From an uncultured Holophaga sp. (GTDB lineage: Bacteria; Acidobacteriota; Holophagae; Holophagales; Holophagaceae), in contig OY761614.1 of NCBI GenBank assembly GCA_963664825.1, forward strand, positions 1,920,001 to 1,984,000: a stretch of DNA of 64,000 nucleotides, read 5' to 3'. Both the position numbers and the translations under genes were made by a program. This document shows positions 10,637-20,115 of this stretch, piece after piece. The notes below the pieces were generated by a model. The model was not told the origin of the DNA. It saw only the letters and a program-made list of their open reading frames with translations, and made no database searches. The number at the start of each line of letters is the position of its first letter. The stretch's first letter is position 1.

Positions 10637-11848
10637 TCAGTTCCCCACGCTCGAATGCCGCGGGTCTGCTTCCAGATCCACATGAAGCCGAGTGTCGTTC
10701 CTTTGGGAACGAGGCTGACTGCATACCGCCTTCGCCCGCTGATGCCTGCGGATGCTGGAAACCATGAAAACAGTTGTCTGCACGCTTAGCCATGCGAGTC
10801 CGATCCAAGGGATGATCCTCCAGGAACCCGTCAAAAGGGTTCCTGAGGCGCAAAGAGCTGCCTGGAGCCAGATGAGCGGCACCCGAAGGTAGGCCCTTGC
10901 CCCCAGGGCCTCCTTCCAGCGGTGATGGAAGTGGTTCCGGTCGGCCTCACCCAGGGGGCTTCCTGTGGCCAGGCGCACGATGACGACCTGGACGACATCG
11001 GCAATGGGGTATGCGAAGAGCCAGAGCACGGCCTCGGGCTTGGTTCTCCCGAAGGCCTTGAACGCCAGCATGGCGCAGAGCAGGCCGAGGCAAAGGGAAC
11101 CACAATCGCCCAGGAATAGGCGGCTCCGGGGCCAATTGAGGACGAACAGGGCCGTCACCGCGCCCAGTACATAGGGGACGGGGGTGCCCGCGAGGGTCAG
11201 GACGGTGAGGCAGATCAAACCGTATCCCAAGGTCAGGCCATTGGCCCCGTCGATGAGATTGAAGGCCTGGGGGATGCCCCAGAAGAGCATCAGGAGCAGG
11301 GCGCTCAGGAGCAGGGGCATTCCCGAGACATTGCACCCGAACAGGTGGACGGCGGCGGGTAGCTGCGTCAGTTCAAGGGTGCCGAGAAGTGCCAGGAGGA
11401 TGGCGATAGCAAAAGTCCCGGCGGCTTTCCATCTTGCCCTCAGATCGAAGCGGTCGTCCAGGATGCCGATGAGGGCCATGGCCCCGAGGGGCATCCAGAC
11501 TAAGGGCGACAAGGTGTCTTTTAACCAACCACAGGCTCCAGCCAGGGCGAGACTGATGATCAGGGCTAGGCCTCCGATGCGCGGAACGGGGGCCTTATGC
11601 TGCTTTCGCCCACCCGGCTGATCCATGAAGCCCCTGGGCCCCACCCATCGGGCGGCCATGAGGGCGATCACCAGGGTCAAGGCGAAGGCGCCGCAGGAGT
11701 TCACCCAGACATTTCCCACCCAGGATGGCAGATCCGGGATCTGTTGTGGGGTTGCCGCCGGAGCAGCACTCAAGAATCCACCGGCGAAGTGCCGGTCGAG
11801 TCGGGAAATGAGGAACCCGTGGGCTAGCGTCATGAACATTCGGATCAA
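10637..11848 (-). CDS. MraY/WecA-family polyprenyl-phosphate GlcNAc-1-P transferase (start uncertain)
   Basis: RKQH..PVPRIGG, GILDDR, FNLIDGANG, FLGDCGS, HFHHR. Confidence 0.88.
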   Translation of the reverse strand: MIRMFMTLAHGFLISRLDRHFAGGFLSAAPAATPQQIPDLPSWVGNVWVNSCGAFALTLVIALMAARWVGPRGFMDQPGGRKQHKAPVPRIGGLALIISLALAGACGWLKDTLSPLVWMPLGAMALIGILDDRFDLRARWKAAGTFAIAILLALLGTLELTQLPAAVHLFGCNVSGMPLLLSALLLMLFWGIPQAFNLIDGANGLTLGYGLICLTVLTLAGTPVPYVLGAVTALFVLNWPRSRLFLGDCGSLCLGLLCAMLAFKAFGRTKPEAVLWLFAYPIADVVQVVIVRLATGSPLGEADRNHFHHRWKEALGARAYLRVPLIWLQAALCASGTLLTGSWRIIPWIGLAWLSVQTTVFMVSSIRRHQRAKAVCSQPRSQRNDTRLHVDLEADPRHSSVGN

Positions 11849-12153
11849 ACCTGGGGCAGAAACGAGGGGAATGGTCTATCAGTGCAGGCCCGATGGCCCA
11901 ACGCGTCATGTTATAATTAATGCACCAAAAATAGAAGGAATTACTGTCCATACATCCTTGCGATGTGGCCTAAATCACTGCCCCTCATCGCGATGAGCTG
12001 CCTGGACTCCAGCCCAGGTTTTGGGAGCCCTGAGGAATGGCCGACCTGCTTTTGCCAACTGGGAATCATGATAAGCCGGAAGGGCGGGCGGGGCAACGCG
12101 GGGAAAGTGCCCAGGTCGGCCTCAATGCCTCTGCCCTCGGGTATCCTGCGCTC

Positions 12154-13317
12154 ATGAACCCGCTCACTTCCATCCTCAATGCCCGCCTCGCCTCGGGGCC
12201 CGTCCCGGCCTCCGAGGTCATGGCCCTGGCGCTGTATCATCCCCAGTTCGGCTACTACCGCAGGGCGGAGGGGCCCTGGGGCTTCGAGGGCAAGGACTAC
12301 TACACGGCCCTGGATTGCGGCCCCCTGCTGGGCATGGCCCTGGCCCGGCGCCTGGAGGGAGCCTGGGAGGCGCTCGGGCGCCCTGGGCGCTTCACGGTGC
12401 TGGAGCCTGGTGCGGGGCGGGGCTGGCTGGGGCGGGATCTCCTGGCGGCGGCCCTCGAGCCCTTCGCGTCGGCCCTGTATTATGTTCACAGGGACGATAA
12501 TCCGGCGGCGCGGAGGCTGGCGGAGGAGGCGCTGGCGCCCTACCTAGAGGCGGGGCGGGCCCGCTTCGTGACCGAATTCGAGGCCCTGGAGCCCTTCCAG
12601 GGGGCCGTCATCTCCAACGAACTCCTGGACGCGCTTCCGGCCCAGCCCTGGCGCTGGACGGGGGAGGCCTGGGAGCGGGAGGTGCTGAGTCAGGAGGGCC
12701 CGGCTTGGGTGAGCGCCGATCCGGGAGAGGCGGGGGCCTGGTTCAAGGCCCAGGCGGAGGGGGGCCTGGAACCTGGGGATGCCAGCGTCTGGGCGGAAGG
12801 CCTGCCCGGTCTGGTGAAGGGGCTGACGGGAAGCCTGAAGGCAGGCCTCTTCCTGGCCATCGATTACGGCGATTCGGCCGCCCGGCTCCTGGCCAAGGGG
12901 GCCGATCTGCGCCGTTATCGGGGGCATTCGGTGGACGGCGCCTGGTGGGAGGCCCTGGGGGAAGGGGATCTCACGGCAGACGTGGACTTCACACGGCTGG
13001 GAAGCCTGCTGGAGGAGGAGGGACTGACGGGGGCCACGCCATGGTTGGCTGACCCAGGGTGCGGGCTTTGCCCGAGCCCTGGGTGGGGGTCAAAGGGGGG
13101 ACATTCGCGAGCCTTGGCGAGCAGGCGGTCCCCCCTTTCTTATCATCTGGGGAAGTGGATTCGTGAAAACGCGCCCCTGGCCGAATGGGAGGCCCGGTGG
13201 CAGGAACTGGATGGGGCCACCCGGAGGGCCCGCATGGAGAACCTCCTGGCCCTGACCCTGCCGGGGATGATGGGGGACCGCTTCAAGGTGATGGAGGCCT
13301 GGAAGGGGGGACGGTGA
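12154..13317 (+). CDS. MidA/NDUFAF7-family SAM-dependent methyltransferase carrying an in-frame repeat insertion
   Basis: ALYHPQFGYY, DYYTA, LEPGAGRG, SNELLDALP, IDYG, DLTADVDF, MGDRFKV. Confidence 0.88.
   Translation: MNPLTSILNARLASGPVPASEVMALALYHPQFGYYRRAEGPWGFEGKDYYTALDCGPLLGMALARRLEGAWEALGRPGRFTVLEPGAGRGWLGRDLLAAALEPFASALYYVHRDDNPAARRLAEEALAPYLEAGRARFVTEFEALEPFQGAVISNELLDALPAQPWRWTGEAWEREVLSQEGPAWVSADPGEAGAWFKAQAEGGLEPGDASVWAEGLPGLVKGLTGSLKAGLFLAIDYGDSAARLLAKGADLRRYRGHSVDGAWWEALGEGDLTADVDFTRLGSLLEEEGLTGATPWLADPGCGLCPSPGWGSKGGHSRALASRRSPLSYHLGKWIRENAPLAEWEARWQELDGATRRARMENLLALTLPGMMGDRFKVMEAWKGGR
13053..13139. repeat. Two-hairpin GC-rich repeat, copy 1 (intragenic)
   Basis: cccagggtgcgggctttgcccgagccctggg + tgggggtc + aaaggggggac...gcaggcggtcccccctttc; related to 26364 and 31224. 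Confidence 0.8.
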
Positions 13318-13344
13318 GGCGGTTTTTCAATCGTATTAAATATT

Positions 13345-13493
13345 CACGCGGAGGCGCGGAGACCACGGAGAACGATACAAGAAAGAAAGTAAGTCTTTTT
13401 GCATAAATTTGGCTCAGTGGGTCCCATGGCCTCGCGTGGGAACGGCTCTTTCGGGATTCGAGTTTTTCTCCGTGTGCCCCGCGTCTCCGCGTG
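13345..13493. repeat. Inverted repeat with 9-nt-periodic arms
   Basis: Left arm cacgcggaggcgcggagaccacggagaa (13345-13372) pairs with ttctccgtgtgccccgcgtctccgcgtg (13466-13493). Confidence 0.8.
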
Positions 13494-13543
13494 GGTTCCC
13501 TCTTCGGCTGGGTGGACCGACCCATTCCCTCCCGGAATTTCCC

Positions 13544-13572
13544 TTGTCGTCCAAGGGCTTCCTGGGCATACT
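13544..13572 (+). promoter_or_regulatory. Putative sigma70 promoter of the rplU operon
   Basis: TTGTCG-17 nt-CATACT upstream of rplU. Confidence 0.5.
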
Positions 13573-13646
13573 GGAGGGCCTTGTCTTGGGCTCCCCAAGT
13601 GCGCCGCTTCCCGTCGCCGCCCCAGACTCTCCCCAGCGAGGATGTC

Positions 13647-13958
13647 ATGTACGCAGTGATCCAGACCGGCGGCAAGCAGTACCGCGTCAGCGAAGGCGAT
13701 ATCCTTCGCGTCGAACTGCTCGAGAAAGATCCCAAGCAGGCGGTGGTCTTCGACCACGTGCTGCTGGTGGCCGAGGATAGCGCCATCAAGGTCGGTCAGC
13801 CCACCCTGATGGGTGCCACCGTCGAGGCCGAAGTCATCCGCCACGGCCGCGCGAAGAAGGTGTTCATCTTCAAGAAGAAGCGCACCACCACCTACCAGCG
13901 CACCCAGGGACATCGTCAGGGCTTCACCGAAGTCCGCATCAAGGGCATCAAGGCCTGA
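13647..13958 (+). CDS. rplU: 50S ribosomal protein L21
   Basis: MYAVIQTGGKQYRV...GHRQ. Confidence 0.98.
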   Translation: MYAVIQTGGKQYRVSEGDILRVELLEKDPKQAVVFDHVLLVAEDSAIKVGQPTLMGATVEAEVIRHGRAKKVFIFKKKRTTTYQRTQGHRQGFTEVRIKGIKA

Positions 13959-14030
13959 CTCTGATTCCCCGCCCTCGCAGGTGAACCTGCCCGGGCTTTC
14001 CCGAAGCTAAGACAGTAGAGAGGTTTCGTC

Positions 14031-14291
14031 ATGGCACATAAAAAAGGCGTTGGCTCCACCCGCAACGGTCGCGATTCGAACTCCCAGCGCCTCGGCGTCA
14101 AGGTCTTCGGCGGCCAGGTGGTGACGGGCGGTTCCATCATCGTTCGGCAGCGCGGCACCAAGTTCAAGCCGGGCATCGGCGTGGGCCTCGGCACCGACCA
14201 CACGATCTTTGCCAAGCTCAATGGCAAGGTGCGTTTCCAGGATAAGGGCCAGCACGGTCGCTTCATCCACGTTGATCCCATCGAGGCGTAG
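14031..14291 (+). CDS. rpmA: 50S ribosomal protein L27
   Basis: [16 protein letters not shown]. Confidence 0.98.
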   Translation: MAHKKGVGSTRNGRDSNSQRLGVKVFGGQVVTGGSIIVRQRGTKFKPGIGVGLGTDHTIFAKLNGKVRFQDKGQHGRFIHVDPIEA

Positions 14292-14373
14292 GCCTCGATA
14301 CTCCCCTGTGAGCGCGCGCGGCCTGGGCTTGCGCGCGCTCTACCTTTAGGGGACTGCCTACCGGACCCGAATC

Positions 14374-15393
14374 ATGTTCCTTGACCATGTCACCCTTCAA
14401 ATCGAGGCCGGCCACGGTGGCGCGGGAGCCGTGAGCTTCCGCCGGGAGAAGTTCGCCGAACACGGCGGTCCCGATGGGGGCGATGGAGGCTCGGGAGGGT
14501 CCATCCAGGTCCGGGCCTCTAGGGCTCTCAATACCCTGAACCCCTTCCGCAGCGTGCGGGCCTTCACCGCCGAGCGAGGCTCCCCGGGGGAAGGCTGCCT
14601 GCGCCACGGCAAGGATGGCGTGGATGTGCTCCTGGAGGTCCCCCGGGGCACCCTCATCCGGGATGCCCAGAGCGGCGAGGTGCTCGCCGAGCTGATGGAG
14701 GATGGCCAGCAGGTCTGCGTGGCCCGGGGCGGGCGCGGGGGCCTGGGCAACGACAACTTCAAGAGCAGCACCAACCGCACGCCTCGCCACGCCCAGCCCG
14801 GCGAGGAAGGCGAAGTCCGGGAGGTGGAGTTCGAGCTCAAGCTCATCGCCGATGTGGGTCTGGCGGGCTTTCCCAATGCGGGCAAGAGCACGCTGGTCTC
14901 CCGCATCAGTGCGGCGCGGCCCAAGATTGCCGATTATCCGTTCACCACCCTGGAACCCCAGCTGGGTGTGGTGGCCATGGAGGCCTTCGGGGGCGATGAC
15001 CGGGATAGTTTCGTCATCGCCGATATCCCTGGCCTCATCGAAGGCGCGTCCCAGGGGGCGGGCCTGGGCATTCAGTTCCTGCGGCACGTGGAGCGCACCC
15101 GCATGCTGCTGCACCTGGTGGATCTGGCCGATCCCGTGCAGGAGCCCGAAGAGGCCATCGAGGTCATCGAGGGTGAGTTGAAGGCCTTTTCGGAAGTGCT
15201 CTTCTCCAAGCCTCGGTGGCTGGTGGGCACCAAGCTGGACGCCCTCCAGGACGAGGATCGCCGCAGCCGCTTCGAGGCGATCTGCCGCGCCCGGGGCCAG
15301 GAGCCCATCTTCATCTCCGGCGTCACCGGCGAGGGCATCCGGAAACTGGTCTTCCGCCTGGGAGCCACCCTCTCCGAGCTCCGAAACGCATGA
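14374..15393 (+). CDS. obgE: GTPase ObgE/CgtA
   Basis: GGPDGGDGG, GFPNAGKS, YPFTT, DIPG. Confidence 0.97.
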   Translation: MFLDHVTLQIEAGHGGAGAVSFRREKFAEHGGPDGGDGGSGGSIQVRASRALNTLNPFRSVRAFTAERGSPGEGCLRHGKDGVDVLLEVPRGTLIRDAQSGEVLAELMEDGQQVCVARGGRGGLGNDNFKSSTNRTPRHAQPGEEGEVREVEFELKLIADVGLAGFPNAGKSTLVSRISAARPKIADYPFTTLEPQLGVVAMEAFGGDDRDSFVIADIPGLIEGASQGAGLGIQFLRHVERTRMLLHLVDLADPVQEPEEAIEVIEGELKAFSEVLFSKPRWLVGTKLDALQDEDRRSRFEAICRARGQEPIFISGVTGEGIRKLVFRLGATLSELRNA

Positions 15394-16065
15394 TTGAAGG
15401 CGCTTCCTGTGAGTAAGCGGCGCATTGGCCTCCTCGGGGGGGCCTTCAATCCGCCCCACCAGGGCCATCTCAGGCTGGCGGAGCTCTCCCTTGGGCATCT
15501 GGGCCTGGACGAATTGCGTTTCGTGCCCACCCTGATTCCCCCCCACAAGGCGACAGCCGGCGATGGGGCCCCGCGGCTCCGCCTGCTCCGGGCCGCCCTG
15601 GAGGGCATGGCAGCCTGCATCGTGGAACCCCTGGAGCTGGAGCGGGGCGGCATCAGCTACACCGTGGATACACTGGAGGCCCTCACCCAGCGGGAACCGG
15701 GCAACGCCTGGATCTGGATCATGGGCAGCGACCAACTGGAGGGCTTCAAGACCTGGAAGAACGGGGCCCGAATCTTGGAATTGGCCTCCCTGGCTGTGGC
15801 GCCTCGGCCCCCCTTGGACCCTCACCGGGTGCTCGAGGCCCAGGTGGGACGCTCGTGCGAGGCCCAGGCGGAACGCCCGTACGATGTCTGGGGACGGCCC
15901 TGTGAGGCTTGGTCCGGGGCCCCGGGAGAGCTGGTGTGGCTGCCCGGTACCGAACTGGAACTCTCCAGCTCGGAATTGCGGACGGAGCTGGCCGCCGGTG
16001 GCCTGCCCGAAGGGCTCCCGATTCAAGTTCGGGCTGCCATCGTTCGAGAAAAACTGTACCGTTAA
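15394..16065 (+). CDS. nadD: Nicotinate-nucleotide adenylyltransferase
   Basis: GGAFNPPHQGH, PPHK, SYTVDT, MGSD, SSSELR. Confidence 0.93.
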   Translation: MKALPVSKRRIGLLGGAFNPPHQGHLRLAELSLGHLGLDELRFVPTLIPPHKATAGDGAPRLRLLRAALEGMAACIVEPLELERGGISYTVDTLEALTQREPGNAWIWIMGSDQLEGFKTWKNGARILELASLAVAPRPPLDPHRVLEAQVGRSCEAQAERPYDVWGRPCEAWSGAPGELVWLPGTELELSSSELRTELAAGGLPEGLPIQVRAAIVREKLYR

Positions 16066-16083
16066 CTAGTTCTTGGAGAAGGC

Positions 16084-16461
16084 ATGACCCTAGACCCCAG
16101 GTTTGTGATCGCAGTGGAAGCCGCACGTTCCAAGAAGGCCCTTCGAATCCGGCTGATCGATGTGAGGGGGATCGCCACCTTCACCGATACCTTCGCGTTC
16201 CTGGAAGGGGGCAGCGATCGCCAGAACCGGGCCATCGCCGATGCCGTGGAGGACCAGCTCCGGCTCGCCGGGGAGCGGCCCCTCTCCATGGAGGGGGCCC
16301 AGAAGGGGAACTGGATCCTCCTGGACTACGGGGATTTCATCGTGCACGTGATGGACGAAGAAACGCGCCAGTATTACAACCTGGAAGAGCTCTGGGCCTC
16401 CGGGCACGAATTGGAATTGCCGCCCGAAGTCCCTCCCGCGAATCTCTCTCCGCTGAAATAG
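16084..16461 (+). CDS. rsfS: Ribosome silencing factor
   Basis: WILLDYGDFIVHV...YYNLEELW; follows nadD. Confidence 0.95.
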   Translation: MTLDPRFVIAVEAARSKKALRIRLIDVRGIATFTDTFAFLEGGSDRQNRAIADAVEDQLRLAGERPLSMEGAQKGNWILLDYGDFIVHVMDEETRQYYNLEELWASGHELELPPEVPPANLSPLK

Positions 16462-16471
16462 AGGAAACGCC

Positions 16472-17722
16472 ATGCTCACGCAGCACAGTGCCTTCGATGC
16501 CATGCAGTCCCGTCTCCGTGCCGCAGCGGAACTCTACGGGCTGGAGGATGCCCTCTTCAAGGTCTTCATCCAGCCTCAGCGCTCGGTCATCGTGAGCCTT
16601 CCGGTCCACATGGACGATGGCCGCTGGGAGGTCTTCACGGGCTTCCGCGTGCAGCACAACGTGGCCCGCGGCCCCGCCAAGGGCGGCATCCGCTACGACC
16701 CCGGCGTCACCCTCGACGAGATCAAGGCCGGCGCCGCCTGGAATACCTGGAAGACTGCTGTGGTGGACGTGCCCTTCGGCGGCGGCAAGGGCGGCATCAT
16801 CTGCGATCCTGCCTCCATGAGCGAGGGGGAGCTGGAACGCCTCACCCGCCGCTACACCGCCGAGGTCATGGATGTGATCGGCCCTGACCGGGATGTGCCG
16901 GGCATCGATATGGGCACCAACGCCCAGACCATGGCCTGGTTGGCCGATACCTACAACATGCACACACGCATTCACGCCAACGCCGTTGTGACGGGGAAGC
17001 CCGTGGGCATGGGCGGCAGCCTGGGGCGGGCCGAGGCCACGGGCCGCGGTGTGCTCATCAACGCTCGCGAGGCCATGCAGCGCCTGGGCAAGCCCCTGGC
17101 CGGAGCCACGCTGGCCGTGCAGGGCTTCGGCAATGTGGGCAACCAGAGCGCACGCCTCCTCCACGAAGCCGGCGCCCGCATGGTGGCGGTCTCGGACCGC
17201 AAGGGCGCCATCCGCAATGATCGCGGCATCGATGTCCATGCCCTTCTGAAGCACCACGCCGAGCATAAGACCGTGGTGGGTTTCAAGGGTGCCGAACCCA
17301 TGGATCCGGCCGAACTCCTCATCATGGCCGTGGATATCCTGGTGCCCGCCGCCACCGATAACCAGATCACTGAGCAGAATGCCGCCAAAGTGCGCGCCAA
17401 GGTGGTGGTGGAGGGCGCCAACGGCCCCACTTCCCCCGAGGCCGATCCCATCCTCCTCAGCAATGGCGTGCTGGTGGTGCCCGATATCCTGGCCAATGCC
17501 GGCGGCGTGACGGTCAGCTACTTCGAATGGGTGCAGAACCGCATCGGCTTCTACTGGCGTGAGCGGGAAGTGAACGAGCGCCTGGTGGAATACATGACCC
17601 ACGCCTTCCAGTCGGTATTTGCCATGACCGACAAGTACAAGACCAATCCCCGCATCGGCGCCTACATCGTGGCCCTGGACCGGGTCTCGGTGGCCATGCA
17701 CTACCGCGGCTTCTACGCGTGA
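16472..17722 (+). CDS. gdhA: Glu/Leu/Phe/Val dehydrogenase (glutamate dehydrogenase)
   Basis: GPAKGGIRY, GGGKGG, QGFGNVG, EGANGP, NAGGV. Confidence 0.93.
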   Translation: MLTQHSAFDAMQSRLRAAAELYGLEDALFKVFIQPQRSVIVSLPVHMDDGRWEVFTGFRVQHNVARGPAKGGIRYDPGVTLDEIKAGAAWNTWKTAVVDVPFGGGKGGIICDPASMSEGELERLTRRYTAEVMDVIGPDRDVPGIDMGTNAQTMAWLADTYNMHTRIHANAVVTGKPVGMGGSLGRAEATGRGVLINAREAMQRLGKPLAGATLAVQGFGNVGNQSARLLHEAGARMVAVSDRKGAIRNDRGIDVHALLKHHAEHKTVVGFKGAEPMDPAELLIMAVDILVPAATDNQITEQNAAKVRAKVVVEGANGPTSPEADPILLSNGVLVVPDILANAGGVTVSYFEWVQNRIGFYWREREVNERLVEYMTHAFQSVFAMTDKYKTNPRIGAYIVALDRVSVAMHYRGFYA

Positions 17723-18657
17723 GTGAAGGCTATTTCAAGGCTTCGAGAGAGGCCTGGAAATGGAGTGTCCAGTTTCATCAGGGCGACTCGGATCGGCTGC
17801 ACGCTTTCAAGCGGCATCTGCGCTGGGCGTCTGCGGCCGCCTTTCGCCGAGGGGCTGCCGAGGACTGGTTCGCCTTCCTGGAACGCCCAGAGATGCGTCC
17901 CTTCGCGAAGGGGAATCCCCACCTGGCTTTCCGTCCTCTGGCTCGGTACATGTCCATCGAGTGGGATTTCCCGCAGCGGGTGAAGATCCTTCAGGACACC
18001 TATGAGTTCATCCATGCCCAGGGCGGGGGCCTGTGCCAGTCCATGCTCCAGGAGCGCGGCGCCATCCTCGCCCGCTTCCCCTTGGGGAAAGTGGGCGAGG
18101 CCACGGTTCGTTTCGGGTTCCTGGGGAAATTCCGCAAGGAGGGTGAGCTCGTGATCTACCTGGAGAGCTCCCAGACGGAAGGACCCATCAGTTACCTCGC
18201 ATGTTCCCTGGGCCAAGGGGTAGCTGGATGGACGCTGTATGTGGGGGCCGTTCAGGGGCGCTTGGGAGGGGAGGAAGAAGTCATCAAGGAGATTACGAAG
18301 GCGATGCATGGATTCCGGCCGAAGGCCTTCATGGTCTTCCTGGCCCAGGAGTTGGCCCAGGTCCTGCGGGTGAGGGAACTGCGGGGCATCGGCAACGCCA
18401 TCCATGTCTTCCTCGCCCGGAATGAAGGCCGTTCCTCGTCCAAGAAGCGCATCCTTTTCGATTACGACGAACTCTGGCAGGAGGCCGGAGGCGAGCTTCT
18501 GTCGGATGGTTGGTTCAATCTGCCCCTGCGGACGCCCCGGCGCGCTCCAGAGGAGATCAAGCCCAATAAGCGGGGCATGTATACCAAGCGCTACGCGATG
18601 ATGGACGCGATCTCCCGCCAGATCCGTACAGTGCTCACGCCCTTTCCGAGGGGTTGA
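17719..18657 (+). CDS. VirK/YbjX (DUF535) family protein
   Basis: KEGEL, VGAVQG, TKAMHGFRPK, FDYDELW, IKPNKRGMY.KRY. Confidence 0.85.
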   Translation: MSEGYFKASREAWKWSVQFHQGDSDRLHAFKRHLRWASAAAFRRGAAEDWFAFLERPEMRPFAKGNPHLAFRPLARYMSIEWDFPQRVKILQDTYEFIHAQGGGLCQSMLQERGAILARFPLGKVGEATVRFGFLGKFRKEGELVIYLESSQTEGPISYLACSLGQGVAGWTLYVGAVQGRLGGEEEVIKEITKAMHGFRPKAFMVFLAQELAQVLRVRELRGIGNAIHVFLARNEGRSSSKKRILFDYDELWQEAGGELLSDGWFNLPLRTPRRAPEEIKPNKRGMYTKRYAMMDAISRQIRTVLTPFPRG

Positions 18658-18716
18658 ATGAGCCGCTTTTCAAGGTGTTGTCCCCCGGGCATGATGAGAA
18701 CTGCCGCCGACGGATT

Positions 18717-20114
18717 ATGACCCACACCCCCCTTCTAACCCTGAGCTGGGCTGTCCTTCTGGGGATGGCGGGGGTGACGCTGTACGCCCAGAGCCCCATC
18801 GGCACCATCATCTCGGAACAATCTCGCACGAGCTTTACGGTGCAAGGGGCCGGAGCCCGGGCGATGGGCCTCGGGGGAGCCTTCATTGCCGTGGCCGATG
18901 ACGCCACTGCGGTCTCCTTTAATCCCGCGGGTTTGGCCCAGCTCCTGAAACCCGAGGTGAGCTTCGTGGCGAGGGCCGTCAGGCACGACGTGGCCTATGA
19001 GGATGTGGCCACCACCGCAGGGGCGAAACACCTCCTGGTGAGCGATTCCCTCATATCGAATTCACGCATTGATCCCCTCTTCCTGGCGGGTACCGTCCCC
19101 CTGCGCCTGGGCGACCGAACGCTGGCCTTTCAGCTCTCCCTCCAGCGCCTCATACCCTTGGGAGAGGGGGATTCCAGGGACCTGGAGGAGTATTCCCCGG
19201 GGGGGGCCGAGGCGGGACATCTCTCCCAGAGCATCCAACAGCATGGGCAGATCGATCTCTACTCCTTCGCCCTGGCCTACGAGGCCTCCCAGCGGATCCT
19301 GCTGGGCCTGTCGGTGAACCTGTGGCGGGGTGTGTGGGACCTGGATTCTCGGAGTTCCAAGACTTCCGGGGGGCAGACGAACTACGTCAATTTCTCCCAA
19401 TCAAATCGTCTGGAGGGGAACAATTTCAATTTGGGCCTTCTCTGGCGCTGGCCCACCTGGAGCCTTGGCCTCGTGCGACGCACGGCCTTTCGCGCCGACT
19501 ACACATTCGAGACGGCGCTGGATTCCAGTGGCCATCGGCGGACGCCCGCAAGCCCTGGCGGGCTCCGTTGGCCCGCCACCACGGGGATCGGATTCGCATA
19601 CCGCCCCTGGGAGACCTGGCTCTTTACGACCGATATCACGCACACACCCTGGTCCGATGCCTGCTACGTTTCCTCTAGGGCCAGCCTGGACGGCCAGAAT
19701 TTCTTCGACCTAGACAAGGGCACCCGCACGCCGGATTCCACGGATTTCCATATCGGCGCCGAGCACCTCCTCCTGACGTCCTCCGGGAATATCATTCCCC
19801 TGCGCCTGGGCTTCAGCCGGGAGCCCCAACCGGTGGTGGACCGGGCTACGGGGGAACAGCGGGTGATCTTCGGCTTCAGTCTCGGCTCGGGCATCAAGCG
19901 GGGGGCCTATACGCTGGATTTGGCGTACCGCTATGGTTGGAACACCCGCAGGGCTTCCCAATTCCTGGATGTGGATCAGATCCTCTCGAAGACGCCGCCC
20001 TCCTCCGTAGGCACCGAGCGGCTGAAGGAACACCGCCTGGATTTGAGCTTCAATATTCAGTTCGAACGCCAGCCCATCGAACGGGTCCTGCATCACCTCT
20101 TCGTGGGAGACTGA
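18717..20114 (+). CDS. OmpP1/FadL-family outer-membrane beta-barrel
   Basis: Signal peptide; GARAMGLGGAFIAVADDATA..NPAGL. Confidence 0.8.
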   Translation: MTHTPLLTLSWAVLLGMAGVTLYAQSPIGTIISEQSRTSFTVQGAGARAMGLGGAFIAVADDATAVSFNPAGLAQLLKPEVSFVARAVRHDVAYEDVATTAGAKHLLVSDSLISNSRIDPLFLAGTVPLRLGDRTLAFQLSLQRLIPLGEGDSRDLEEYSPGGAEAGHLSQSIQQHGQIDLYSFALAYEASQRILLGLSVNLWRGVWDLDSRSSKTSGGQTNYVNFSQSNRLEGNNFNLGLLWRWPTWSLGLVRRTAFRADYTFETALDSSGHRRTPASPGGLRWPATTGIGFAYRPWETWLFTTDITHTPWSDACYVSSRASLDGQNFFDLDKGTRTPDSTDFHIGAEHLLLTSSGNIIPLRLGFSREPQPVVDRATGEQRVIFGFSLGSGIKRGAYTLDLAYRYGWNTRRASQFLDVDQILSKTPPSSVGTERLKEHRLDLSFNIQFERQPIERVLHHLFVGD

Positions 20115-20115
20115 T

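Noticed and set aside
16472..17722. gdhA as part of the Hyp pathway locus
   Set aside because: About 35 kb away in a housekeeping operon; no evidence of linkage
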